64,000 bases of DNA from Haliotis cracherodii (Eukaryota). A program made the translations under genes and the position numbers. Of this stretch, positions 48,740 through 61,164 are shown in pieces (position 1 is the stretch's first letter; every line of letters begins with the position of its first letter). The stretch spans positions 68,696,001 through 68,760,000 of the forward strand of contig NW_027266286.1 in NCBI RefSeq assembly GCF_022045235.1, in the 5' to 3' direction. The notes below the pieces were generated by a model that was not told the DNA's origin, did no database searches, and saw only the letters and a program-made list of their open reading frames with translations.

Positions 48740-48852
48740 TGAGTGAGTGAGTTGGGTTTAACGCCGCTTTTTACAGTATTCCAGTTATATTGCTGCGTGT
48801 CCGCTTAATGTGGGAGGAAAACCCGAAGTGATGCAGGTCACAGACGTTTATC
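48740..48852 (-). mobile_element. SINE family C, 3' part
   Basis: Reverse complement of the V-like core and tail. Confidence 0.82.
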
Positions 48853-49484
48853 CTCAGGATGCGAGATATATAGTTCCTTTATTCGGTCTCCCATACATAC
48901 CCTAGAACCAAATTATGCCCCAAATCCCAACCAACTTTGGCATGTCTAAATTTCGTCATGTCTTTTACGAAAAGATTCTTTGGGACCCTTTTCTTATATA
49001 TTCAAAGACAATTTAACATAAATTAGAATTTAAGATATTTTTATTTAGGAGTTTCAATTTGACACTATCACTCTATAAGACACATGTATATCTCGACTAG
49101 ACACTAGCCCATTTTCCGGTCCGCGAGATCTCCCGCGATTCAAACTGTTGTTAATCACGTGACACACAGGGCACCCAACCCGGAAGAGACATCGCAACAG
49201 CATGATTCGTTGTCCGAAACCAGTTGGTAATCAGGCTATGTAGACTTGGTATACTTATCGAGATGTCACAATGATATACGGAGGCTGTGGGTATCTATCT
49301 ATGCGAAACACTTGAATAAGAGTTTGACAGTAGCTCTTTTGTCCTTTAACGCATTCTTCATCACGTGGCCATCGAATGGAGCGGACATACCAGTACTGAT
49401 TTTTTAATATAATAATAATATTTGCGAAACAAGCTCATTAAAATAATTCTTTAGTGCCACACGATACCCCACAGTATCCCACTC

Positions 49485-49632
49485 GGGGGTCGCCCGATTA
49501 TATTTCTAGGTTTGTCAGTGGTAAACGTTTGAGACATGCACCGCGTCTGCCTTTCCCCTCACATTAAGCTGGTAAGCCATGATATACCTGGGAATACTGT
49601 TCTAAGAGGCGTTAAACTCAACTCACTCACTC
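49485..49632 (+). mobile_element. SINE family C, 3' part
   Basis: tttctaggtttgtcag...cacattaagctg...ggcgttaaactcaa(ctca)n. Confidence 0.8.
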
Positions 49633-49640
49633 TCTTTACC

Positions 49641-49915
49641 GACCCGTGAAGATTCCGGGGTAGAATAGGTCTTCAGCAGCCCATGCTTGCCGTAAGAGGT
49701 GACTATGTTTGTCGTAAAAGGCGCCTAACGGGATCGGGTGGTCGGGCTCGCTGTCTTGGTTGATGCATGTCATCGATCCCAATTGCGTGGATCGATGCTC
49801 ATGATATTAATCACTGGATTGTCTGGTCCAGACTCGATTATTTACAGACCGCCGTCATATAGCTGGAATATTGCTGAGTGCGGCATCAAACAACAAACCA
49901 ACCAACCAACCCAAC
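49641..49915 (+). mobile_element. Retroposon family B, full length
   Basis: Family consensus from gacccgtgaag to the (AACC/AAAC)n tail. Confidence 0.93.
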
Positions 49916-49983
49916 GGATGTGTAGTGTTCATGAACGCGTTAAATAGATTTCTACATGTTCAGACTCCCTTATATATGGAATA

Positions 49984-50119
49984 CCGTAAGGAACATTCTC
50001 GCGATTTTGGTCAAATCTGGAGTTCTCGCCTTCTCGCATTCTCGTGATTTGGGCATATTAAGCTCGTTTCCAAATGTCGAGATCGCGAGAATGTGAGAAC
50101 GCAGGAATGTCCCTTACAG
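49984..50119. mobile_element. Small TA-flanked MITE
   Basis: TIRs ccgtaaggaacattc / gaatgtcccttacag, TA on both sides; internal ttctcgc / gcgagaa inverted motifs. Confidence 0.7.
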
Positions 50120-50726
50120 TATTCCATACTTATAAGCAACACTACTTACTTCTTAGTTCCCGTTTCAACATAGGTTCTATACAAAATTATTCCAAAACAC
50201 TTCTTTCGGCAGATGAGTTGTCCCGAATATGTGACTGGGGTCCTGTCTGCAATATATTTATGAAAGCGCATACCAAGCTACTCGTAACAACAGCGAAAGA
50301 CCAGCCACACCGAGCGTCAGACCTCGTGTCTGCAATTACATAACGCAGATGCTAAGGGAGATAAGAAATGGCGTCATGTGCCTGTGGCATACCACTACAA
50401 ACAAAGCCATCCCATAGGGGTAATTAGCTGGGGTGGGAATGTTGGCTGGTTTTCCCCTGTGTCCCACAGGGCTCGTTTAGGGGGTCGGGCATGTAATGTC
50501 ATTACCTTGACACCTAGATTTACCAGGTAGCAGTTGTCAGCGGATGGAGGCTTCTTTCACGTGGGAGTGAATGTATGTGTACGGTTGGGCGTGCAGCTAG
50601 AAATACTGCCTGGCAGAATAATGCAACTAATCATTTCTCGGCCTGTAATAACTGATCGATCCGTTGACGAGCATTGTCCATTACCCAAAGACACAGCGTA
50701 TATGCAGCGACATCGTTAGTTTTCAA

Positions 50727-50758
50727 CAGAGACCATAAAAACTATTTCATGGTCTCTG
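50727..50758. mobile_element. 32-bp palindrome with 7-bp TSD (second P-element-type footprint)
   Basis: cagagaccataaaaa-ct-atttcatggtctctg flanked by ttttcaa / tttccaa. Confidence 0.65.
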
Positions 50759-50914
50759 TTTCCAATAAGTGAGTGGTTGTTTTAACGTCGCGTGTAGGGC
50801 TTCACCATCATGATCCAGACGGGGAGCACCGGTGAGTGAGTGAGTGAGTGAGTGAGTGAGTGAGTGAGTGTTTTGACGTCGCTTGTAGGGCTTCACCATC
50901 ACTATCAAGACGGG

Positions 50915-51242
50915 GGTGAGGTGAGGTGGGATTTAACGTCGCGTCCAAGATTATTGCGCTTATATAGCGACGTGCATGCACGTGTATGTGTGTGTGTGTG
51001 GCTGCTTGTACTAGTCTGGACTGATGCCGATTTATAGTGCTAGCCCACTGAGATACCATGCCGCAGTTTAACATGAATACCCCACTCAGACACAGTATAC
51101 TGACGCCGAGCCGACTAGTCCTTGTTTAGCCCCTTAATGCCGAGCGCCAGACAGGGTAACAACGAGTACCAGCTTTTAACGTCTTTTGTTATGACGCGGC
51201 TGGGGATCGAGACCCGGACCTTCCGCTCTCCGGGCGGACGCT
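50915..51242 (-). mobile_element. SINE family D, nearly full length
   Basis: High identity to 32824-33167. Confidence 0.92.
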
Positions 51243-51532
51243 GTGAGACATACATACATAGCATGGGAAACGTCCCACGCCGACGTGGAACGATGGCACG
51301 CAACCAAAATCACCCTGCCCAACCACCCGATCCAAATTCGTGCCTCCTTACGACAAGAAGTACGGTGATGGAGCCAGAGCTCCTGATAAGCTCTGTATTT
51401 GCGTAAAATACGCAAAACAAATCACCATCACCCAATTAATTTTGAGTTGCTTGCGTATAGATATGCGTCAGTAATTACACAATGCAGTATATTCAATTTG
51501 AGTGCCAGAATATCTCCACACCTCTTATTTAC

Positions 51533-51687
51533 TGGGGCGGTCGGGTAGCCCAGTGGTTAAAGTGTTCGCTGGTCACGCCGAAGACCCGGGTTCGATTCCC
51601 GACATGGGTACAATGCGTGATGCCCATTTGTGGTGTCCCCCGCTATGATGTTGCTAAAAGCGGCATAAAAACCATTCTCACTCACTC
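51533..51687 (+). mobile_element. SINE family A
   Basis: Family consensus; ttatttactg repeated on both flanks. Confidence 0.9.
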
Positions 51688-51824
51688 TTTATTTACTGTT
51701 CGAATGTAGGCATCAGCTGTACATAAACTGCAGTGAATAATGCACAACATGTCGCGCTTTCTGAAACTGACATATGTATCGCTGTTGTGAGTTTATATGA
51801 CATCGGGCGCATTTGAGGCCGTAT

Positions 51825-52005
51825 TAGACTAACATCTCGTCTCTGAAATGAACATATTTTACAGATCAAGCCATTTGTTAAATAAACTGTTATGAAATAT
51901 AATAATAAGGAGTCCAGAGTCTCACTTCTTTTTCAGTGATCTAGATTTGCCAAATAGTATAGGCTTGCATGGGCTGTATTGGGTAAATTTATTTCAGGGT
52001 CTGTT
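51825..52005 (+). mobile_element. AcademH-like element E1, diverged
   Basis: tagactaacatctcgtctctgaaatgaac...cttgcatgggctgtatt...cagggtctg. Confidence 0.7.
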
Positions 52006-53232
52006 TGACGCATTTGAACAGAAGAAAATAAGTAGCTTCCCAAAACAGGTTTTTCAGCAGAATTCATTTTTAAATGTCCAATCATTGGAAGATACATATA
52101 CATGCACAAAGACCCTGAAAAACTCATTAGCCAGATACGCCGCTGCCCAGGCGAAATTGCCGGAATGACTACATATATACAAAAGATACTAATAAAAAAC
52201 CCATGTAATTATTTCCCCCAGTCTCAACGCTATCGAGTGTGTCTGTCCACACGGCCCATGCGACGCTGATGTAAAAGCTCTCACGCATAAAAATCATCAA
52301 AATTATTTGTACCGACGACATTTAATAACTACCGCTACTTTCTACCATATCATTTATCCCAAACGCAAGTCCTGTTTCATTATGGGTTGATCCACAAGCA
52401 TCCGCGTCGCGTATTCCCGGAACCAGCTGGCGATTTGGAACCGTTATATCCCGAAATGTCACTCTAATCCGCGTGTCTCGTCGAAAATTGGATCTACAAG
52501 CGCGTGTCCAGATGATTGAGCGTTTGACAACGCGTTATTATATAATTCATAATTGATATGGACCAGCTGGCACGCCGAAATATAGAGTAGGAGTGAGGGG
52601 TTGGCGAGGTGTTTGTCTAGGTTCGAGAGGGGGGTAAGAGAGTTTATGCTTAAAAGCAGGTACATGCATTAAAACCTCTCAGCTGTATGAAAGCCTTCCC
52701 TAATCTTTATGGTGCTTCTTTAATGCCTTTTGAGTGGTACTTTAACCCTGTTAGCAAGCAAATATGAAACGCTCGCTTGTGGTTGGTTATGTAAGGGGAA
52801 GCAGACGCGCCTTCTTTAAGGAAACAACCATGTTGACCGGTTAGGGGAAGGAAACAGGAGTTCCAGTCTTATGCCTCTCCCTATATTCAGTGCTTGTAGG
52901 CCACGGGCCTTATTGTACACACGGAATCAAACGCGTCTACAACCCAGCATAATTTCAAACCGCTACATTGTCCCTCACAGATATATCATGTGACATACAT
53001 ATCCAAATTTAAATATTAACGCCATCTATTTATCAGTCTCGATTATCTTATATGATATCTGATTATAAGGCACAATAGTGATGAAATTATATGAACGGAT
53101 GACGGAAAATCGCAAAAATGGTGAGCATGACCTGCTCTTCAGGCAGAACCCGCTACTCACACTATTTGTTTAGCAATGTAAGTGACATTGATTGAGGAGG
53201 GAAAATTCCAAAGGTCAGGCATGGATGGCATC

Positions 53233-53435
53233 TAGACTAACATCTAGTCTCTGAAATGAACATGTCGTACAGAAAAAAGCAGTTGTTCAGTTATCTTAAT
53301 AAAAAATATAATAAAAGGGAACCCAGTGACTCTCTTCATTTTCAGATACTGCAGTAATCTAGACTTGCCAAATATTATAGACTTGCATGGGCTGTATTTG
53401 ATATATGTTTGTATCAGGGTCTGAAACACAGACTA
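53233..53435 (+). mobile_element. AcademH-like element E1
   Basis: tagactaacatctagtctctg...cagacta; perfect 10-bp TSD ggatggcatc. Confidence 0.85.
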
Positions 53436-53473
53436 GGATGGCATCGTGCATCGTGTTGTACAACAGACCGATA

Positions 53474-53686
53474 AACTGCCGGGGAAAAGAAAGTAAACAC
53501 CCATGTTTGATGCTGTCTGAAAAGTAAACAAACAAAAAATGGGTGTTTGATGGTGATATATTTGATACGGATATCATAGTGTGTTTTGGATCTTTAGTGT
53601 AGAGTGTTTCAGCAACTGTTTTCAGCCAAGTAACGTTTTGATAACAAATCCAATTTTCAAGGGAATACTTTCTTTTGCGCTGCACT
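53474..53686 (+). mobile_element. Tc1/mariner-type MITE (family M1)
   Basis: actgccggggaaaagaaagtaaacac...tactttcttttgcgc; homologous to 31651-31857. Confidence 0.7.
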
Positions 53687-54632
53687 TTATTTTATTTTTG
53701 TCTCACAGCTGTACATCATAAAGACATGCATATAATAGGAGTTTATAAGTAAAAATTAGAGCATCGCCACTGTTGGCAAGCGACATTATTTAGTAATGTT
53801 CGGCGTTCCGAACCGTAACCGTGATCATTGATGAAGAGAACCAGTTCTTACAGTTGCTGTATCAAGAAGTTGACAAAGAGCCTTTTGATCTTTCAACCTC
53901 GTTCTAAGTCACGTATAAATAGCCGGGTCTGTGGATCATACACAACTAATAACGCATTTGAAAGGTTAAAATAATCCTTTTTTATCTTTCGGTTTTTATA
54001 ACTTCCAGATGCCGTTTAAGTACCTCCTATTTGTTCATTTCAGACATATATAGAACATTTTGTAAATGAAACTAATAACATCAACTTTTATTCTTTTGTT
54101 TACTGAACTTACCAACCTCAAAAATAAGGAGATACAATTAGTGAATGACAAACAAGCTTCATTTCATTTCCCGTTCATCATTAGTGGTACGCTACTAATG
54201 GCATACGGGCAATTATCTCCCTTAGAAACGTTCAACAAGATGGACGATGTCAGTTATCAGGCTGATTGAGTAACGTGATTCGGTGATGGAGGTTACCTAA
54301 CGACCTTAAGACGTGATTTCAAATGAAGGTCAAATATCAGTCAAGTCACCTTTTGACCTCTCTTTCTTCCGTCCTGATACATAACATCGACGTTTGTTAC
54401 TAGGCTGCCGTTTTCTTCTCTGGTCGCTTTAGCGCGATACGAAATAATAAACTCATATTCACATTGTCATTGGAAGGTTTGCCCACTTCTCTCAATAGTC
54501 ACGCGTCATATATCTCAAAGACATTTTAACTTTTGATGCCTACTTATTAATACGTTGAATAGTGACATCCGCGATTACTCTGAAGACGGATTAATAATAT
54601 TCAAATACATACATAACATATTTGGGGAATCT

Positions 54633-54823
54633 GATGGCCAAATCGTCTAAAACGCCGAATTCGCTGTGCAGTGTTGATTCACTTGGACACGCCAGAAGTC
54701 TTTGTGTGTTGGATAACCGGTTCGCCCCGATCATGTTTCTAGGTTTGTCAGCACCATACCCGTGCTCGTGAGTTTCACCAAAGTAGTAAATGTCTGAGAC
54801 ATGCATCACTTTTGTTTTCCCCA
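54633..54823 (+). mobile_element. SINE family C, tail lost
   Basis: gatggccaaatcgtctaa...cttggacacgccagaa...tttctaggtttgtcagcaccatacccgtgctcgtg. Confidence 0.82.
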
Positions 54824-54829
54824 CTCAGT

Positions 54830-54992
54830 CGTGAGTGAGTGAGTATGGTTTTACGCCGCTGTATTCCAGCAATATCACGACGGGGCACACCAGAAAAGGC
54901 TTCACATATGTATCCATGAGAGGTATGGAATCGAACCCGGGCAATCGGCGTGACGAGCGAACGTTTTCTCCACTAGGCTACCCGACCGCCCC
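54830..54992 (-). mobile_element. SINE family A
   Basis: Reverse complement of the family A consensus. Confidence 0.88.
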
Positions 54993-55737
54993 TGAATAAT
55001 AGCATGATAACCACTAGGTTACACACACACACACACACACTCCCCCGCCAACAATAATAATGTCAATACGTTAAGTTTTGTCTCATGTTATCGTAGTCGT
55101 TCATTTCTAGAACAATTACGGTGGACATGACTCTATTACACTTGTTCGCAGAGAATATCCTGTTGCGTTTCTTCCCCGCGTGTACGTTCTGTATTACAAA
55201 TGCAATGGGCTTAACATATATCGATAAACAGCTACCCTGGCTAAACTGGTTGTTTTAGGAGTATTTTAGTAGTTTATAACGGGAGTTGTACTGTTAGATC
55301 GTGGCGCGTGGTCGTTTCTCTCATTTCCAGGTACGTTTTACAGCAGGAGAACCATTTGACCAATTACCTCTCACTAATCCCAGGCTATAATGGAAATAGC
55401 TTTTACAGTAGGATAAATGTATTCGACCTTTCCTGACAGTTGATAGTGACATTTGTAGCTCAATGACATAAATCTTGTTGTCAGATCTGTGTCAGTTGCA
55501 ACGTTGTTGCCTGCACATGGTTTGATACTCTACATACGTACATAGATAGTGCCGTAGTGTCGACACCACGACTGTCAATACACATATATACACTCATATA
55601 CAACGAATATGTTTTGTATATACTGAAGTATTTTATAAACGCAACGTGTATGTCTATGTCGATGGGGTGGTAATTTTGGGTAGTTACAATAATACTGCTA
55701 TATTACAATGAATACCTTATTTCCATCAATTAGATAC

Positions 55738-55948
55738 AGATGGCCCAGTGGTCCAAGGCGTCGCAATCTGCAGTGCAGAGTTGGGTGTCTGGGCCAAAAA
55801 CCCGTGATCTTGGGTTCGAATCCCGATTCACCCTGATTGTGTTTCTACGTTTGTCGGCGCCATATCTGTACTCTAAGTCTAAGACCTGCCTTACTTCGGG
55901 GTTCATCCCCCATCAAGCTGACACGTCGGGAGCACAACTCACTCACTC
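55738..55948 (+). mobile_element. SINE family C, diverged
   Basis: tggcccagtggtccaaggcg A box; gggttcgaatccc B box; (actc)n tail. Confidence 0.8.
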
Positions 55949-55949
55949 C

Positions 55950-56263
55950 AACGATCCCGTCCGCCGTCATATAGCTGGAATATTGCTGAGTGCGGCGTTA
56001 AACAACAAACCAAAACCAAAAAACAACGATCCCGCTGTCCTTGTGAAGATCCGTTCGAGGCGACTATGCTTGTCGTGAGAGGCGACCAACGGGGTTGGGT
56101 GGTCAGACTCGCTAAACTTGGTTGAAACATGCATCGTATCTGAATTTCGTAGATCGATGCTCGTGATGTTAATCACTGGATTGTCTGCCCAGACTCGATT
56201 ATTTACAGACAGCCGTCCTATAGCTTGAATATTGCTGAGTGAGGCGTTAAAGAACAAACAAAC
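55950..56263 (+). mobile_element. Family B tail fragment plus family B copy
   Basis: Tail 55960-56025, then gtgaagatcc...body...ggcgttaaagaacaaacaaac. Confidence 0.82.
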
Positions 56264-56468
56264 TATGATGTCTAATCTAATCTGTTGGCCTTGTGATGTG
56301 TGAAGTGTGCTGCATTGGAGTTAAGGGTGTTGGTTCTGAATATAATCTGCTATAAGTAAAAGCGACAAAACCATTTCCATATTCGTAGGAAATATCTGCT
56401 TGTTTTAAATAGATACGAGCATTTAACGGTATATCTTGAACAATACGAACGGTCAACCACGTTTCCTG

Positions 56469-56592
56469 AGTCTGTCTTACAGACCCTGATAGGACTCTCT
56501 GGGCTCCTTTTTATTATATATTTTTTTAAGATAATTGAACAACTGTTTTTTTCTGTTCTGTAAGATATGTTCATTTCAGAGACGAGATGTTT
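56469..56592 (-). mobile_element. AcademH-like element E1, internally deleted
   Basis: agtctgtcttacagaccctgat...atgttcatttcagagacgagatgtt is the reverse complement of both E1 ends. Confidence 0.65.
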
Positions 56593-56914
56593 CCTGTGTA
56601 ACGATACCATCGATAATCGAGGGCGGTGTCCTATTTAACCGGCGATGATATATATTATCATCGATATGATAGCCATCGGACAAAGGTCAATGCATCAGTT
56701 CGATCAGTAGGCGATATCAGTAGTTACATCAGTTGTCTTCCCTAGTATGACCTCATATTCTCTTTCGTCAGCTGGACACAAAGGCAACACACTTATTGTA
56801 TCCTGTTCTTCTTTTGTTTCGTTGGTCTAAATATGGAACAAATATGATTTCTTTTATACATTTCTGTTTCACCTTGGAATTTTGGCATTTCTTGCTTCTC
56901 CGATTTTGTACTAT

Positions 56915-57110
56915 GTATCTTTCCGTGTTTTTGTCAGGTGAACAACATTGACGTGCCTATGCATGTGTTTGTGACGGCGGACAGGATACACTCTCCGATC
57001 ATCTGATATCATCAATATTTGATAGTGGTTCATAAACACATGATTAGGATATGGTCAGTGTCGTACAGTGGACTCAGCTTTTAGTGGAGAGTTTTAATGA
57101 TTATGGAAAT
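56915..57110 (+). mobile_element. 3' region of the Penelope-like element (copy 3)
   Basis: tcaggtgaacaacattgacgtgcctatgcatgtgtttgtgacgg...gatatggtcag, homologous to 9800-9990. Confidence 0.7.
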
Positions 57111-57169
57111 GTTCCAACAGACCACTGAAATAAATGCCTACTTTACATGTTTAGATAGATTAGGTCTAT

Positions 57170-57208
57170 GAAACGTTTCGGAGTATATGCTTACTCCTTC
57201 ATCAGGGG
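57170..57208 (-). ncRNA. Minimal hammerhead ribozyme motif
   Basis: Reverse complement: CTGATGA-A-GGAGTA(agcata)TACTCC-GAAA-CGTT; stem I disrupted. Confidence 0.7.
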
Positions 57209-57548
57209 AGTGCCATGAGGTAGACAGGATATGTATACATGTAAGGACAACAGAATTAATAAGACAACAAAAGGCGAAAAACAAGGGAAACCAAAAGATG
57301 ATTGGCGCCGATAGGTGATTAACAATAGACAATGGAAGCCAACACTTTATAGCAGTTAGCCCTCATTGTGCCCTGTGCTATGTCCTTTCTTTCACCTATC
57401 AGTGCTAATTACCCCGGCCTCCCGTTTGGCCAGCGCCCATAACCTATAACTTATGTATGATAACTTAAGTAATGGCTTCCATACCTACAGCGCTAATTAC
57501 TGTACAGTGTTGGTTCCATTATATGTTCACTGTCTCATGGCATTCATC

Positions 57549-57588
57549 CACCTGATGAAGGAGTAAGCATATACTCCGAAACGTTGTG
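57549..57588 (+). ncRNA. Minimal type I hammerhead ribozyme motif, intact
   Basis: Stem I cac/gtg; CTGATGA 57552-57558; stem II GGAGTA/TACTCC; GAAA 57578-57581; palindromic ACGT stem III; GUU triplet. Confidence 0.8.
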
Positions 57589-59570
57589 TTCCTCATAATA
57601 AAGAAGTTGACATTCACATATTCCCTTTCTTTAGATAGATTCTCACTCTTTACCGCTATACCAGCGGTTACTCCTAACACCGAGATCTTTCACTGAACAG
57701 CTGCCCCTAATATTACGGAGAAACGGTATCAACACAACAAACCCCAATTCTGTTTCTGTCAATTAGCGAGCAGATCACTGATATGGCGACCATAATTATG
57801 CCTAGGGCTCCTTTGAAGTGACCATCCCGTTATGGAAATCTCCAGCACGTGAGATAACGCACACGTTTATAATTGTACTGTCCACGCGACCGTAATAACT
57901 TCACGAATATAATTGGTCGGCACGTTGGTCTAACGCGTCTATGAACGGCCTAGGATATTTATATCGCGGGTCTTTGATCTGTTTATTAACGGTAATCATT
58001 TGCAACCACGTGATAAAGCCTGACGTCTACAGATTAGACAACACTATGTCGCGTGGATGCAACACAGAGGTTCCGGCAACAGCTGTTATTTGTGACGTCA
58101 TCAAACCGCACCGACTTCCGTCTATTTAAATGAAATTTGTCAATTCGGCAATCTTTGGTCGTAATCGCGGCGTAGTGTTGCCATATCATTTGTATTCCTC
58201 AATGGCCTTTGTCATGTATAATTGTCCTTTAGCAGGCTCAATATTTATACACGTTCACAGATGGGTCGAGAAGCGGTCGAGGGTGGGAGAGAGAGAGAGA
58301 GAGGGGGGGGGGGGGGGAAACGTCAGAAACAAAGGAATTCGATCTACTTGATACAAATTACCATATAACACGGCAATATCCTGCTCTGAAACCAGGTCGT
58401 AGGTTTGGAGCATTTATCAAAGACAAAGATATCAATTTTCGATGTTTGGTAGACGTATTGGCAGACGTATTTGGCAGGCAAATTGTCGCGATATATACAT
58501 GTATATATATATATATATATGTCTGCCAAACATCGAAAGACCGAGACTAAGAGAGAGAGAGAGCATGTTCCATGCTTTTTCTTTGGACATAATGAAAGCA
58601 GTATCACATAAACCAATATAACTACAATATTTTGACATATCTGTATATATGTAACTTTCGTGTTCAATACAGAACAGCAATAATCCTCATATTTTTACTT
58701 TGAAAACTGACGATATGTCCATCCAAGGATTCTCGTTTAAAGTCTGTACTCAATCACTGATATGTCCGAACACGGACAGAAATAACCTTGAGGAAACGCA
58801 ACACAATGCCGACTGAGTGAAATGATTCAACTAGACGCCCTCCGTAGCATCGCCAGCTTTGTAGATCATTGTGAAGTTGGATTCGCGTGTGAAAATATTA
58901 TGCTCGAGGGAGTCCACATTTCCATATCCTCTGTTTTGAACTGCTCCCCTAAGAATACAATACCTACATCCGTAGACCACAACCAACTGTCCCGAATTAT
59001 ATATAGTGCACAATGATTTTCCTGTGGTATTTTCCTGTGGTATAGCGCCAGGAAGAGAATTAAGGTTATTAACTATTTATATTTGCGCGATTGTTTACTT
59101 TAGATTTTTGCATGAACATTTAAATTTAGTAAAATATGCATATTTGAAATTAACACCATGGCTTGTATCTAATCTTATTTCTTATAAATTAGAGGTTTCC
59201 TTAGATATATCACGTATATCTCAGTTGAATGTGGGAGGAAAATGACACAGGTCGTTGACCATTGATACCATGGCACAGACATATTACTGAGAATATGTTG
59301 TCATAATCAGCACTACTCTCATTTCTAGAAAGCATGGGAATTTTGTATAAAGAAGTTAATGAACACCCGATTCCTTCATATTACAATAGTTAATATGTCA
59401 TCACGTGACGGATTATACCAAGACGGTGGACTCACCTCGGGAAGTAAACCCAGTCTCCTGCTTGTAGAGTCCCCGTTTCACCTACTGGGCTACTCCATTT
59501 GATTAAGTTAACTATAAGCGAAACAATTCTTTCGATAACCATAAGATAAAGAGTCTATTTATGATTGTAC

Positions 59571-59642
59571 GAGTGAGTGAGTGAGTTTGGTTTCACGCCG
59601 CTTCTAGCAATATTCCAGCAATATCACGGCGGGGGACACCAA
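59571..59642 (-). mobile_element. SINE family A, 3' half
   Basis: (gtga)n...cacgccgcttctagcaatattccagcaatatcacggcgggggacacc. Confidence 0.85.
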
Positions 59643-60175
59643 AAGATTGTACGAACAAACGACACACACGATCTTGCACAATTCCAAAGTAAAAATTTAT
59701 GGAACCATTTGTCGTTGATTACTATTTTCTTGTCATATTTTATTTTAGTAAAATGTTTGTAAATTACGACGGATCAGGAACTCCATCCATCAAGAGTGAC
59801 GGATCTATATATCACCGTGATTGAACCTACAAATTGACGTTTTCCGCAAGTGAATAGATATCAAGAATAACTCTAATCAGCTGACGTGATTGAAATGTGC
59901 ACCAGGAGACATGAACATGATGTATGTGTGTCAATCTCACAAGTCAGTGTCACATGTTTCAAGGCGATCAGACCCGGAAGTGTAACAGCTTGTCGATTGC
60001 AATCAACACTGCACTGAACACACGATGTACATTGATTGATGTGAATTGTCAGATATGTACATTATCGTTACTGTATGTGTTAGTTCCCCCGAAACTGCTT
60101 AATTTCAATTGAACTGACAATGATTGAAATGTACATTTTGACACCTGTGTTTATTTCCTCGTCGTTTGTCTTCAG

Positions 60176-60208
60176 GCAATGAACGTCCAAACAAACGTCC
60201 TTCCCACA
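60176..60208 (+). other. Candidate 33-nt micro-exon
   Basis: Strong acceptor ttatttcctcgtcgtttgtcttcag| and donor |gtaagg; length divisible by 3; frame unknown. Confidence 0.3.
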
Positions 60209-60709
60209 GTAAGGCAGTTTGGAACAAAGAACGATTTTCCCGGTACGTTTCTTAATCAGACAAATCTAATTGCACCGTATTGAACGATACTAAATATGCA
60301 AGGTGTTTGTCGTCGTCAAAATATCTGTTTGCCAATTACGAGTGTTTCAATATGATCTCTGGTTCTTGCGGTATAAACAGTATGCTTGTCACATCTATCA
60401 TATTTACATCACTTACTTGAAATGTTTCAACGATTCTTTTTTGAAAAACCAAGCTTCGCTATTATGACAGACAGTTTTATTTTGCATGAAGCAATCAGAC
60501 CCATAGTACAAGAGGGTTTTTCACGTGCGATTTACACAGAGAGTTTTTTTTGGGTTTTTTAGGGAAAGATAAACAACTGATCTGACTGAGAATATATATG
60601 CAGGAACTTGACAAAGCCTTACATTACATTAACATGTGTTGACTCACATAGTCTTTGTAATGTATAATAATTAATATTTACAGTTTATAAATCTTCAGTA
60701 TTTTGTGTT

Positions 60710-61098
60710 ATGAGTGAGGTGGCTTGAACCCTCTTTGAATTTCACTTTTATCAAGGCGTGTCAGGAAAGTTGTGTGGAAGGAAAGTCGAGAAGCGACCAC
60801 ATATCCACGAGCACCAGTATGGCGCAGACAAACCAGGGATCGTAATCAGGGCGTTTCGTGGATTCAAACCCACTTTTATAGGTTCCTGGCTCGCCAAAGG
60901 GGCGCAACTCTGCACAGCAAATTGCGATGAGGACGCGACACGACCACGAATCCACGAGCACCAGTATGGCGCTGACAAACCAGGGTTCGTAGTCAGGGCG
61001 ATTCGTGGATTCAAACCCACTTTTATAGGTTCCTGGCTCGCCAAAGGGGCGCAACTCTGCACAGCAAATTGCGAAGAGGACCCGACCGCGCCACCCAT
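60710..61098 (-). mobile_element. SINE family C variant with 147-bp internal tandem duplication
   Basis: atccacgagcaccagtatggcgc at 60803 and 60950; reverse complement aligns to the family C head and body. Confidence 0.8.
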
Positions 61099-61164
61099 GA
61101 CTCTATATGTATTATGAAGCGAGAAATGCAATTGATAATGACAGTTTATTCTGACGAACTGGTA

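Larger units (their letters stand above)
57170..57632. mobile_element. Inverted (divergent) pair of Penelope-like pseudo-LTR pieces, each ending in a hammerhead motif
   Basis: 57170-57360 (-) and 57361-57632 (+) both align to 46185-46680. Confidence 0.82.

Noticed and set aside
49090-49200. Housekeeping-promoter-like motifs (cgcgaga, tcacgtgac, ccggaag)
   Set aside because: No associated exon; such motifs are common inside DNA-transposon remnants.
58831-59013. Protein-looking minus-strand frame (GAVQNRGYGNVDSLEHNIF…) behind an AG
   Set aside because: No upstream partner exon or homology; insufficient support.
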